From assembly GCA_002104945.1 (NCBI GenBank), contig MCFH01000002.1, positions 124,001 through 188,000 of the forward strand: a stretch of 64,000 nucleotides of DNA, read 5' to 3'. Of the stretch, positions 16,492 to 31,942 are shown piece after piece; position 1 is the first letter of the stretch; every line of letters starts with the position of its first letter. The translations under genes and the position numbers were made by a program. The DNA is from Piromyces finnis finn (lineage: Eukaryota; Fungi; Neocallimastigomycota). The notes beneath the pieces were generated by a model, which was not told where the DNA came from, did no database searches, and worked only from the letters and a program-made list of their open reading frames with translations.

Positions 16492-17998
16492 TTAAAAATT
16501 ATAATGAATATATAATAGTTATTTTTACCATTTTTACAATTGATAATATAAATGAAATCAATAGCTTTCTTCTGTAAGATTTATATATATATATAAATAA
16601 AATAATATTTAGCATTTACTATTTAATTTTTACACAAAAAAAAAATAATTAAATATTATAAATCATAATCATATTAAATTATAATATATAACAGTTTCCA
16701 TGAATTATTTTTATTAAATCAATCTTATATCTTATATACACTATAATAAAAAAAAGAAGTATAATATAATATAGAATCAACTAAATAAAGACTACTATTT
16801 TCTTTTTTATTTATTAATATTATTTATTATATATTATTATATATACTAATAATGATAAAAATTACATTTTTTTTTTAATACTTTTTAAAAAAAGGAACAT
16901 ATATTTTAAAATGGAAATTTTTAATAGAATTCTAAATAATTATTATATATATTTTTAGTACCAATAGGGATATATTTAAAATTCAACATCATGTTTTTTT
17001 CTCTTACCTATTATTTATTTCTGGTTAATGTGACAGTAAATATTTATTTTATTTTGTATTGGTTGTATTTAATCCACTGTAAATTATTAAATAAATTTAA
17101 AAAGAGGAGGAATTATTCCTTTTTTTCCCTAAATATTTGATTAAACTAAATTAATTTATAACTAAAACCAATAATAATATAAAATAAAGTTTGTTTCAAA
17201 CATATAGTTACACGAATATAAATCATGATATTTTATTTTTCCCTTATAATTTATATGTATTTCAATGAAATAAATAATATATACAAAATTATTTTATATA
17301 TATTAAATTAAAAATAAGTATATCTATTTTATATTTAATATATTAAAATCAATATAATTTAAGGTAATGCAAAAATTTTGTTTCAAAATTAATATTATAT
17401 ATAAAAATAAATATAAATTAAAAAAACATTTGTTCATTTGTATTACAAAGATTATGATGTATTATATTTTATAATGATTTTGTAAGCCATCTTTCAAATA
17501 TTACAAAAGTAATAATTAGATAATATAAAATTAGTAATAAATTTTTTTTGATTTTAAGCCATAATATAATGTATTTTATAATTTTCTTGGATAAATTAAT
17601 TTTTATGTATTAAGGATGAATATAAAGGGATAAAATAAAATTTAATATATAGAATTTAATTTAATTTCATTGGAGATTATATATTTTTATCATTTGTATA
17701 GAGAAATTTAATTCAGCGTGTTTTTAATAATACTAATTTTATACAATTTAAATATTCAAATTCATATATAAAGACGAAATATTTTCATAATAAAATTTTT
17801 CTTCAAATAACTATTTAAATTTTAAAATAATTTAAAATTTAAGAAAAAAAATTTTTTTTGCTAGTCAAAAGAAATAATAAAATATTTATTTTTTGCGAGT
17901 CGAAAAATAATATAAACAAAAGAAATTCTAATATAAAATAAAAATAACTTTAAAAAAAGAATATTAATAAAAAGAAAAAAATTATTTAAATAGTTTAA

Positions 17999-20792
<2,794 letters not shown>

Positions 20793-21871
20793 AAAATATT
20801 AGATTAATTAATATAATATATAGTATAAATAAAAAGTAAGAATAAAAGAAAAACATAAAATTGATGTAATATAAAATTAAAAATATTAAAATTGAAATAA
20901 AGAATTTAAAAAAAAATTACAAAATAAGATTTTGGTTGTGTATTATTATATTATATAAAGAAGAAGCAAATTAAAAGTTTTATTTTTATTTAAGATTTTA
21001 AATATTAATTTTTTATTATTGTTATAAAAATTTAGTGATATATTATTAAAGATTTATTTTAATGTTTATAATATTTATTATATTTGTTAAATTATAAAAT
21101 TGAAACACTTATTTATAGCATCAATTTTGACATATACTTCTTTAGTATAAAAAATTTAGTTTTTACCCTCAATTTTATATATAACATATTTATTAATTTT
21201 TCAATAGAGCGCCACATTCAAATATAGAAGTATATTACTATTAAGTATATATAAAACATACTTGAAAAGTTAAATTTATATTTATAAATGAAAGAAACGG
21301 CTATTTTCTAATTAATATAATTCTGATGAATCATAAAAAATATATTAGATACATCAAATTGATCTTCATTAAATTAATTTATTTTTAAATAAAAAATAAT
21401 GAGAATAAAACATGAATATATGATATAACCCAAAAATCTTTTTTTACACGTGTCTTTATATATATATATATTATTTTTTTTAATTGCATTTTATATATAT
21501 TATTATTTAATGTTCTTTATTTATGATTTTTTTATACCCTTAAGAATGCATTTTATTTATTACTACTTTTATAATATTTATTAATTATATTAATTAATTT
21601 TAACCTTTTTTTTATTTTATTTTTTTTTTTTTTTTTGTTATATTATTTGAACATATACTCTAATATTTTTTAATATTAAAACCAATATTTTATTAAATCA
21701 CTAATTTTACATTATGTTTATCATATATAAAATTACTGATTTATAAAAAAAAAATTATTTTATTTCAAAGTTTTTTGTTTTTATATTTATTTTTTTATTT
21801 ATAAATATTATTATTTACAATTTTATTTAAAATAAATTTAATTTATTTATAACAGTTATTTTATTCTTAAT

Positions 21872-23692
21872 TTAGCACTTGCTGTTATCAATTAAACACC
21901 AGTCATTATTTTCGATACTCCATTTTCCATTACTATCAGTATCATAGACAGTGCAGGCAGATTTACAGCATGGGTATCCTAAAGCACCAGAACATGAGGA
22001 AGCATTGTTAGAAGTGCAGCTAGAAGCAATACCACACCAGTCATTGTTTTCGAAACCCCACTTACCATCGTTATCTTGGTATATAGCATCACAAGATTTA
22101 CAGCATGGGTAACCTAAAGCGGAAGACCAGCAAGCAGCACTTTGAGTATTATTGTTGGAACTTGGAGCACTAGTAGATTCAAAAGTCCAGGTTTGATTAC
22201 TCTTTTCTGAGTTATCCCATTGTAAAACATTGCTACCATCAGTAGTACCATTCTTTTCAACATCAAGAACTCTGTAACCATTAGAAACTCTAGTACCAAT
22301 AGTGTAAACCTTATCCTTTGATGTCTTTAAAATAACAAATTGTTGAGCTTCACCAGCGTATGCACTGTAAATTTGAACATTAGTACCATTTCCATCATCA
22401 CCACCAGCAATATCTAACATATATTCACCAAGACTACTGACTAAAGTAACATAACCACCACTCATATTAGTAAGTTTCCATTTTTGAGCAGAAGAACCAA
22501 TAACAACATTTTCACTATTTCCAGCCTTGTTGTTAGCAACTTGAAGGTACTTACCGGATCCAGTGTTTTTAATGTAATACCAACCATCATTAAGCTTAAC
22601 AGAAGATGGAGCAGCTTGACTATTGTTACCAGTGTTAGTATTGCCAGTATTACCAGTGTTTCCATTATTACTGCTATTACCACCGGCGGCAGCGGTAGTA
22701 GTCTTTAAAACGTTTAAGAGAGCAGTATATTGAGACTTTGGTTGATAGTTACCATTGAAAAGTAAACCCTTCTTATCATTACCTAACCAACTGTCTGGAT
22801 CACCAATACCCCAAACAAGGAAACCAGTACAACATGAATTAGCAAGACAAGCCTTTAAGGCATTAGTAAATACGGTAGCTTGTTTGCTTTCAACATCACT
22901 AGCCCAGCATGAACTTTCACAACTAACATCTAATTCAGTAATGTGAACTTCAACACCTAACTTACAGTAACGACCAATTAAATCATTAATTTTATTATAT
23001 TGTGGTTGATTTTGTACACTAACGTGATATTGAAGACCAACACCATCAATTGGAATGTTACGTTTCTTTAAATCTGCAATAAATTGGTAGACAGATTCAC
23101 TCTTACCCCAAATACCTTCAGTATTATAATCGTTGTAGAAAAGCTTAGTTTTTGGAGAAACTTGACGAGCAGTTTGGAAGGCAAGATCAATAAAGTTTGG
23201 AACCTTTTGGTAAAGGAAGGAATTACGCATTTTCCATCCATTACCATTTGAACTATCATCAATAGCTTCATTAACAACATCCCATGTATCAATTTTTCCT
23301 TCATAATGCTTTAAAACAGTTGTAATGTGATTTATAATTGAATTTTTCATAGTGTTAGAATCTTCATTTTCAAGCCATTTTGGGGCCATAGAATGCCAAA
23401 TTAAAGCATGACCTCTAAAGTCCATTCCCAATTCTTTAGCCTTGTTTAAGTGAGCATCACAATCATTGAAATTAAAATTACCTTTAGTATATTGAATACT
23501 GACAAATTTACAGGCATTTTCAGCGACCATGTAATTGAATGCCTTCATAGCATTTACATAGTTTGCGTTATTATAATGAATAGTATTGGTAGCAGCACCA
23601 ATTCTGAAACCTTTAGAATAATCCTTAAGTAATTCATATCCATTAGCAGTAGCAGCTAATGCAGAAATAGCGAAAGCTTTAGAGAACTTCAT
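21872..23692 (-). CDS. Cellulosomal GH10 endo-1,4-beta-xylanase with ricin-type (CBM13) domain and two dockerins
   Basis: Intronless 606-aa ORF. Signal peptide; GH10 motifs [38 protein letters not shown]; N/G-rich linker; ricin repeats ([20 protein letters not shown]); two CCKSC..WG.ENNDWC dockerins. Confidence 0.92.
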   Translation of the reverse strand: MKFSKAFAISALAATANGYELLKDYSKGFRIGAATNTIHYNNANYVNAMKAFNYMVAENACKFVSIQYTKGNFNFNDCDAHLNKAKELGMDFRGHALIWHSMAPKWLENEDSNTMKNSIINHITTVLKHYEGKIDTWDVVNEAIDDSSNGNGWKMRNSFLYQKVPNFIDLAFQTARQVSPKTKLFYNDYNTEGIWGKSESVYQFIADLKKRNIPIDGVGLQYHVSVQNQPQYNKINDLIGRYCKLGVEVHITELDVSCESSCWASDVESKQATVFTNALKACLANSCCTGFLVWGIGDPDSWLGNDKKGLLFNGNYQPKSQYTALLNVLKTTTAAAGGNSSNNGNTGNTGNTNTGNNSQAAPSSVKLNDGWYYIKNTGSGKYLQVANNKAGNSENVVIGSSAQKWKLTNMSGGYVTLVSSLGEYMLDIAGGDDGNGTNVQIYSAYAGEAQQFVILKTSKDKVYTIGTRVSNGYRVLDVEKNGTTDGSNVLQWDNSEKSNQTWTFESTSAPSSNNNTQSAACWSSALGYPCCKSCDAIYQDNDGKWGFENNDWCGIASSCTSNNASSCSGALGYPCCKSACTVYDTDSNGKWSIENNDWCLIDNSKC

Positions 23693-25920
23693 TCTTACTT
23701 AATAATAAAAAATATAATTTATTTTAATCCAGAAATAAATTTATATTATATATATATATATATTTTTTTTTTTATTATATCAAATAATAAATTTTATTCT
23801 TATTATTAAAAAATTCTATCTATAGTAATTAATTATCAACTTTATTATTGATAATAATATTATTAGAAAAAATTTTATTTGGGATAAAAATACTCTATTT
23901 ATACTTTTTTTTATATATATATATATATATAAAATTTTCCTATTATATTATTTTATAAAAAATATTATTAAAATAATAAATATCTATTTAATATTTATTT
24001 AATTAAAAAGAATAATATTAAGTATAAAAATCACTTTTTCTCATTGTTTTAATATATGATAATATTAAATTCAATATATATGCTTGGTGACAATTTATAA
24101 TTTTAATTTTATTTCATTTTTATTTCCATCACCTTATTTATAGGAGTTAAAAAAAAATGTTTTGAGTGACAATATATTTATCAAATATATTTTAATATAA
24201 TTGTCATTAATTAATTATTAATAATTATCCTTCTTATAGAATATTGATTTATAATTAAATTTTATAAATTATATGTTTATTTTATAAAAAAATTTTCCTA
24301 AAGCCTTATTTAGATTAATTGGTATCTGTTATTAATAGTATATAATATAATCCATTAAAAAAATATTTAAAAGTTTAATATTTTTAATACTTTTAAAATT
24401 CTTCTAATATACTCAGAAAATCAGAAATAATAAGAAATATCTATCAAGTTTTGTCATCTTCAATTAAAAGTTAATATATTTTTTAATAGATTAATCTATT
24501 TATTATTAAAATAGGAAATTTTTCTTCTTTACTCATATATTAATTAAATGAAAGGTTCTTTTTCGTAAATTCATAATAAAATTAACTATCTCAATTAAAG
24601 AAAATATACAATAGATGATCATCCTAAAAAGAAATGGTAATGATTAATAATATTTTTATTATTATTTAATCATCAAATATAAACCTTATTTAATGTTGTT
24701 TTTTAATAAAGATTATTTTTTAATTATTTATTCATTGTTTTTAATCATTTGTTTTTAATTTTTAATTTGTCCCATTATGAATTTTATTTATTAATAAATA
24801 TATATTATCATTAATTTTATTTATAATATTTAATAACACTACAATATTATATACAAACTATATTTATATTGATTCTACCCTTTTTTTTTATTTTGAAATT
24901 ATAGTTTTTTTTTTTAAATAATTTTAAAATTTAGTAATAGTGAAAATATAAACTTCTATAAAAGTACATTATTTGCTTTAATAGCATAATTCATAAGTAT
25001 TATTATATATTGTACCTACACCGCATATGTATAATATTTATATTTTAAAAAATTAGTATCTATTCACTTATTATAACTTATGATTAACTTTTAAATAAGA
25101 ATAATTGAAAAGGGTGTTGAAAAAAAACATATAATTTCAATATTTTAATTAAAAATATAATAAAAATAAAAAAAAATGTATCATAAATCACAAGCATTAC
25201 ATTTAATTATTTTGTAATATTTTTCAACTGTACTCACATATTACTCCATTTTTATTTTTAATATAGAATAGGATAAAATTTCCCATTATTATAAAATCTA
25301 CATTATATCAAAATATCTTTTTTTAATTTGGAAAGTTAAATTTAATAAAAATTTTAATTTAATTAATTATTATTCCACTTTTGATCTTCCAATATAAAAT
25401 AAATTTTATTTGTTAATTATTGTTAATTCTAAATTAAATAATGAATTTTTTAATTAATAAAATTATTACAATGGTATATAATAATCATTATTTGAAAGAT
25501 TAAAGTTTAATAATTAATTTATTATAAACATTAAAATTGGATTTTAGTTTAACTATAAAAAATCTATAATATAAAATTTTAACTAATTACATTTTTATTT
25601 TAATAAAGATGTTAATAAAAAAATACTTCTGTTAAATATTTAAAATATTTAATGGAAATTTATTTAAATAGAATATATATAAAAAACAATGAAAAGTATT
25701 TTTATTATATAATTTATTTAATTATAATAAAAAAATACAATTAAAAGCAATTTTAATATATTATTTTTCCTCCTATCCATTTTAAATATTAAAGATTACT
25801 TTATAACTTTATTAAATAATCTTTAATTATATTTATGTTTTAAATAATAATTAAATTTCTATTATATAAAAATAAAATATTAAACTTTTTTAAAAAGTAA
25901 AAATATAAAAATATATAAAA

Positions 25921-26098
25921 ACCTTAAATATTCATATTTAATTTTATTTAAAAAAAAAAAAAAAAAAAAGAATAATCTTGATTATTTGTACCTCATTTTT
26001 TGTTATTAAATAAAAACCTTAAATATTCATATTTAGTTTTATTTAAAAAAAAAAATGAATAATCTTTATTATTTGTGCCCTCACTTTTTGTTATTAAA
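25921..26098. repeat. Imperfect ~95-bp tandem duplication
   Basis: ACCTTAAATATTCATATTTA..poly-A..GAATAATCTT..TTGTTATTAAA occurs from 25921 and again from 26016. Confidence 0.6.
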
Positions 26099-26272
26099 GC
26101 TTTTTATTATGTATTCCAATTTTATACCTTTTTATTATTTTACATTTTATTTACAAATTTATTTTATAATAGATTAAAATTTAAATTTAAAACATTTATT
26201 AATAAATATTAATATAAAATTAAAAATAATAATGAGTTTTCTTTAATAGTCTTTATTCTATGACATTTAATG

Positions 26273-27361
26273 TTAATAATCATTATTAGAAGATGGAATA
26301 TAAGATGGTTTAGGTATTTCAATGTTTATTTCGGTGTCATTATTATGTATTAATTCACATTTATTACTTAATAATCCAAAATTTTTTGAATTATTTAATG
26401 CAATAGGTTGTGATGATGCTAAATTAAAACTGGAAATATTATTAACTGAATTGGTTTTAACCATGCTAATGCTATTTCTGTTTAATATTGTTTTTGTTTG
26501 TTTATAGTAAGTTGAACAAGCACCGTTCATTGAATAAGTTCCATTACGAGAACGTGAATTTTCGTTACTTTTTATTGTAGAACTTCCATTTGTTGCTTTG
26601 AATTTAAAAATAAAGCTATCTACTGCTAAAATTAAAAGAAAATTTGATTTAAGAGCATGGAATGGTTTTGCATAATCTTTAGTACTGTTAAAAATGTATG
26701 TTAATGATAAGAATACACTTATTACATCAATAATTAAAAGAGAAAAAACAGATGAATTTCTAAATGTGTTTAAAATAGGAATATTTTCATTATTTTGTCT
26801 AACTTTATATTCACGATTACTTTTGTTAATTCTGTAAAATATCATAATTGATAATATAATATCAGTGATTGCCATAACACCAAATGCTTGCGAGTGAAAA
26901 GCATTACAATTAGTACAACCAACTCTATGTTCAGTAAAGCGATAATATCCAATTTCCAATCTAAAAAATGTAAATCCACAGAATAAAACAACTGTTAAAA
27001 AATTAAGTACCTTTACTAACTTTACATGAGAAAGGCTGTTTAATTTAATTAGATTTAGAATTGGAACTGAAAATTCAGTTGTTATCCATCCAATTTCAGC
27101 AATAAACAAAAGAATTGAAACATTTGTAGTATATTTTTCCTCCTCAGGTAAAGTACTTTGATATGCTTGAAATATATGTTCCATTAAAGCACCAAAAAAA
27201 CCTAATACTGAACCAAAAAATAAAACTTTCCAATACTTTCCATGACCTACTGTACAGAACATATACGTAACAAGTATAATTTGTAAAAAATATGAATAGA
27301 AAAATGTTTGATCGAACTCCAAAGCGAATGCGTTTAAAATATCTGTTGATTGTTCTGCCAT
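26273..27361 (-). CDS. Seven-transmembrane protein of unknown function (GPCR-like topology)
   Basis: Intronless 362-aa ORF with seven hydrophobic segments by inspection, a CTNC pair after the fourth segment and a ~110-aa Ser/Asn-rich polar C-terminal tail. Confidence 0.7.
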   Translation of the reverse strand: MAEQSTDILNAFALEFDQTFFYSYFLQIILVTYMFCTVGHGKYWKVLFFGSVLGFFGALMEHIFQAYQSTLPEEEKYTTNVSILLFIAEIGWITTEFSVPILNLIKLNSLSHVKLVKVLNFLTVVLFCGFTFFRLEIGYYRFTEHRVGCTNCNAFHSQAFGVMAITDIILSIMIFYRINKSNREYKVRQNNENIPILNTFRNSSVFSLLIIDVISVFLSLTYIFNSTKDYAKPFHALKSNFLLILAVDSFIFKFKATNGSSTIKSNENSRSRNGTYSMNGACSTYYKQTKTILNRNSISMVKTNSVNNISSFNLASSQPIALNNSKNFGLLSNKCELIHNNDTEINIEIPKPSYIPSSNNDY

Positions 27362-28792
27362 CTTAATAAATCAATTATATTCTTTGAAATTTAAATATTT
27401 TTTTTAATTATTGATATCCTATATTCTTTAATAATGATTTATATATTGATATTTATTTTTTTAATAAAATATGTAATAAATCGGTGTTGTATTTCTATTG
27501 AATTATTATTTTATTTTGGTATATGAAAAATTTACAATCTCTATTTACAAAAAGTTTTTAATAATATATTTCTTCCTTGCCCAATGATTAATAGTAAAAC
27601 TCTAAAAACTTTTATATTCTTTTTATATTTATTCTTATTTTTAAAGTTAAAAAAAAAAAACTTAAATGAAAATAAAAAAAAAAAAAAAAAAAAAACTTTT
27701 AATTTTATATTTTTATATATAAATATGATATATTTATCCATTTTGGTATTATAATAAATTAACTTTAATATTTTAATTTTATTTCTCTTTTTCTATAACA
27801 CTATTTCAATTTTAATTGATTAAAAATAAAAAATTTATTTTAAAAGATATTAATATTAACAAATTATTACATAAATATAAAATAAAAATAAAATTTTAAA
27901 ATAAGAATCTAAAAAAATTTTATCATATGAAATTACAAGGAAAAAAAAAAAAGTATAATTATACCATTCATTTGAAAGAGAATAATTTTTTTATAAAAAT
28001 TTAAATCGAAAAAAAAAAAAACACTGTAACTTTCATAATATTATTATCACTTTTAATACATCTTATTATAATATTAAAATTCAAAATGTTGTTTTATAAT
28101 AAAACTAGTTATGTTGAAATATTATATATATTTTAATATTGAAGAAATGATTTATTACCTTAATCTTTTTTTAAAGACAGGGAAAAAAGGATATTAAAAA
28201 TATAAAATTAAAATTTATAAAATTAAAACATCTTTATAATTAATAAATTATTAGTAAATTACAATTTTTAATTCATAACATTTTATATTATTTATATTAG
28301 ATAATTGTATAATTAATAATAAATTTATTTATATTTTCCAATGATAATTAATTATGAAATATTAATTTTAAAAGATTTATATATATTTTTTAAATAGAAT
28401 TTTAAAATCAATTAATATAGAATTTTCTGTAATAATCATGAAAATCACTTTTATAGATTGAACATTCTCTAAAATATTTAAAATGTAACTAATAATTATA
28501 CCTTTTTTTGAATTTCTATTTTTTATATATAATTTAATTAATAACATATCAGTAATTCATATATTAAAAATATTATTATATGTAGGTATAAATAGTATAA
28601 ATTATATAATTTAAAGATGTGCAATATTTCAAAATAAATACAGAATTCAAGTTATTGAAATAAAATGTTTTATAATAAATGTCTTAAAAAAATATGTTAA
28701 TTTTTCTTTCTTAATAATATAAAGCATGTGATAATAAATGTGATATATGTTTCTTTTATGTTGTAGTAACATAGTTTATTTATAATTTATTA

Positions 28793-29785
28793 TTTTTTTT
28801 AACTTCCGAGTGCATTTCTTCCATCATTCAGAGAAGCATTGGCTCTTTCCTATTGCTAGGTGGTTATAACCCTCCTGGTCTGTCATACTGAATCTTAAAC
28901 TTCAACTCTCACTTAATCAATGTACACTAGATGCATTTCGTTGTACGATATTTCCAACCATAATGCTAAGCCTCATAAAGTCAATTGGATCACGTGCAAA
29001 CATCCTAATGTTTACACTTTAAATTTTTTTAACTTCCGAGTGCATTTCTCCCATCGATCAGAGTTAGCTCCAATGGTGGTTCTTAGAGAAACGTTGGCTC
29101 ATTCCTATTGCTAGGTGGTTGTGACCCTCCTGGTCTGTCATACTGTTTATTGAGCTTCGACGCTCACTTAATCCATGTACATTAGATGCATGTCGTTATA
29201 CGATATTTCACAACTACAATGCTAAGCCTCTTATAGTCAATTTGATCACGTGTCAACCGCCCCCTAATGTTTACACTTAAATTGATTAAGGAATATTATG
29301 TGTTTTTGGCATAGCCTAAGTCACCACTTATTAAGTTCTAATTTGGAATGTACCATGTACACTAGACCCTCTCAGGCCGGCTAGACGAGTGTTATTATCA
29401 TAGTAGTAAATTAGAAAGTTCATTTATACTTACCTGAATATCATAACCCAACCCATGGCAAACCCAGTGGGAAAATCCACAGGCACTGACATCTGCGGGG
29501 TCGAACCAGAAGCCTTATGTATGCTAAGGAAACGCCTTAACAACCAGGATAAAAACTGGAACGACTTACACTTTAAATGATTAAGGAAGTTTGCTTGTGT
29601 ATTTGTCATAACCTAAGTCACCATTTATAAAGCTCTAGTTTGAAATGTACCATGTATACGTTAACTCTCTCAGGCCGGCTAGAGAGTGTTGATATCATGG
29701 TAGTAAATTAGAAAGTTCATTAATACTTACCTGAATATCATAAACCAACCCATGGCAAAACTCAATGGGGAAAATCAACAGGCAC
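28793..29785 (-). mobile_element. Older, diverged, 5'-truncated copy of the SINE family, split by a younger insertion
   Basis: Segments 28801-29023 and 29578-29785 are colinear diverged versions of the 3' and 5' parts of the young element and become contiguous when 29024-29577 is removed. The T8 run at 28793-28800 is its A tail. It lacks the tRNA-like head. Confidence 0.85.
29024..29565 (-). mobile_element. Young full-length tRNA-Ala-derived SINE-like element, nested copy
   Basis: 29031-29564 is the reverse complement of 53111-53644 with 3 mismatches in 534 bp (compared by hand). T7 tail at 29024-29030. Direct repeat TTACACTTTAAA at 29012-29023 and 29566-29577 (12-bp TSD). Confidence 0.88.
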
Positions 29786-31095
29786 AATTTATCTTCTTTC
29801 TAATAATTATTAAAAACCTCTTCTAATTAATCATGAATATTTTTATATTTTAACAATTCCTATAAGAAAATATAATTGAATATTCATTATATAATATAGT
29901 GTACATAATATATGAATAATAATTAAATAGGATATAATACAATATATTTACAATATATTTAAATGAAATATTACTATAAAAGTAAAAAGTAATGTAATAC
30001 AAATTAGTATTACAATAAAATATAAAATGCAATTCTACATCTAATAATGAATTAATACTAATATATAATATTAATATTTAAGAAATGAAATATGCACATG
30101 AATTCTATAATTAATATATACATAATGTATTATAATGTTATAAGGTATATCAATTATTATATTATTATTATAAAATATTTGATATAAATTTTTAAATATG
30201 GCTGATATGTAGCTAGAAATATCATAAAAAAATATACATCTATTTGAATAATGTATACATTATATATGTTGTAGTAGTTATCATATGAAACATTCTAAAA
30301 ATAGAAAAATTAATTGTACCCCTTTAACTTTTTCAGTTTAATAGGTTACATTGTTATTTAAAATTACCAATATTTTTTAAGCCATTATTTTTTATTATTT
30401 ATTATAAAAAAATTGAATTTAATATGAACATTAGTATAGATTAAAAAGTCTACTTTAATTATAGAATAAATTACTTTCCTTTCATAATAATATTCAAGCA
30501 TTTAAGTAAATATTTGTAAAGTATAAAAGCCATTTGATCTTTTTTTTTTGGAAAAAATTATTTTTACAGTCATTTTAAAAGATATTAAAATTTTTCTTCT
30601 ATTAAAAAAGGAAATAATTAAAATAAATAAAGGTTTTAATATATATTGTGTTACATTGTATTATATTACAATTTGTTATTTATATTAAATTTTAACATAA
30701 TTTTAAATTTTTAAAGTTTTTTTTTTTTTTAATTCTTTCTTGTCATACCACTTTTTTGTAATTTATTATTACACAAGAGTATGTATAAATATTTATAAAT
30801 TTCTTAAATTTTTGTACTTTGAAAATACCACAATTATAAAAAAATAAACAAAACCATACTTTTATTATTATTATTTTTTATAAATAAATTTAGTTTTGTA
30901 TAAAATAATAATAATAAAATATAAATAAAAAGAAACTTATTAAACAAGATAAAATACAAAAACAATTATTACTATTAATCAATATTAAAATTTATAAATT
31001 AAATTTATGCGTATAAAAATATATAATTTCAATCTTTTTTTTATAATATACAAATTATTTATAACAAAAAAAAAGTAAAAAGTAAAAAAAAAAAA

Positions 31096-31942
31096 ATGAC
31101 GAAATTCTATTATATACTATATACCATATTTCTTTTCCAAATTCAAAAAATTTTTGGAGCAATGAATGTTACCATTGGTGAAATTGAGAATAGTACTTTG
31201 TAAATATTATTATCAATTTATAAATATTATTAAATTTTAAAAAAGTTATTTTAAGGTTTAATTATTAACATATTAATGATATGAAAAAATATATAATTTT
31301 ATTTGATTAAAATATAATTGTAGAAATAAAATTAATGTTGGAAATAATAACAGTGGTAATAATGTTAATATAACAGCCTACATTTGTCCAGCTGCCAATA
31401 ATAAATTTTGTATAGGAAGAGGTGATCCAAATTATATTGTACCAAAGAGTTATGGTACAGAAAAAATTGATGGTATTTTTACTGATCTTACCAAACTTGA
31501 TGGTTATGAAAACAATAAAAGTGGTGCTATTGTTGAAGCTTGTAATGAAAAGAGTTTAAAAGACAAAAAATGCCAAACAAGAAAATGCGCAATGAATGAA
31601 GATTGTCTTTCAAATCTTTGTCAATCTGGTTCATGTGTTACAAATCCTGACAACCCACTTATGGAATGTGAAGAAATAGGTGGAATAATGATATGTAAAA
31701 AGTATCTACAAGAAAAATGTATTAGAAATGAGGAATGTGCTGGTAGATGTAAAAGATTTCTTTGTACCTATCGTAACTTAAATAGTTTAAATAACTCTAC
31801 TTACCTTTATTCATCAGCTGCAATTGTTAGTGGTATTTGTTTTATACTACTATTCTGTTGTTGTCTATGCTGTCCTGGTCTTTTCAGTTGTTGGAAAGTC
31901 AAGAGAGTAAGAAATAATAACAATCCACCTGTTGTTGTATAA
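31096..31942 (+). CDS. Secreted/surface Cys-rich single-pass membrane protein
   Basis: Exons 31096-31199 and 31324-31942 join in frame (240 aa). N-terminal signal peptide, two CxxxxxCxSxxC-type repeats, and a C-terminal TM helix followed by a CCCLCC cluster. Confidence 0.72.

Noticed and set aside
28920-29114. Short ORFs overlapping SINE copies (also 52996-53220)
   Set aside because: They cross element boundaries and are not conserved between copies.
29426-29436. U1 snRNA gene (ATACTTACCTG)
   Set aside because: Only the first 11 nt match; no U1 stem-loops or Sm site follow. Reported instead as a splice-donor motif on the opposite strand.
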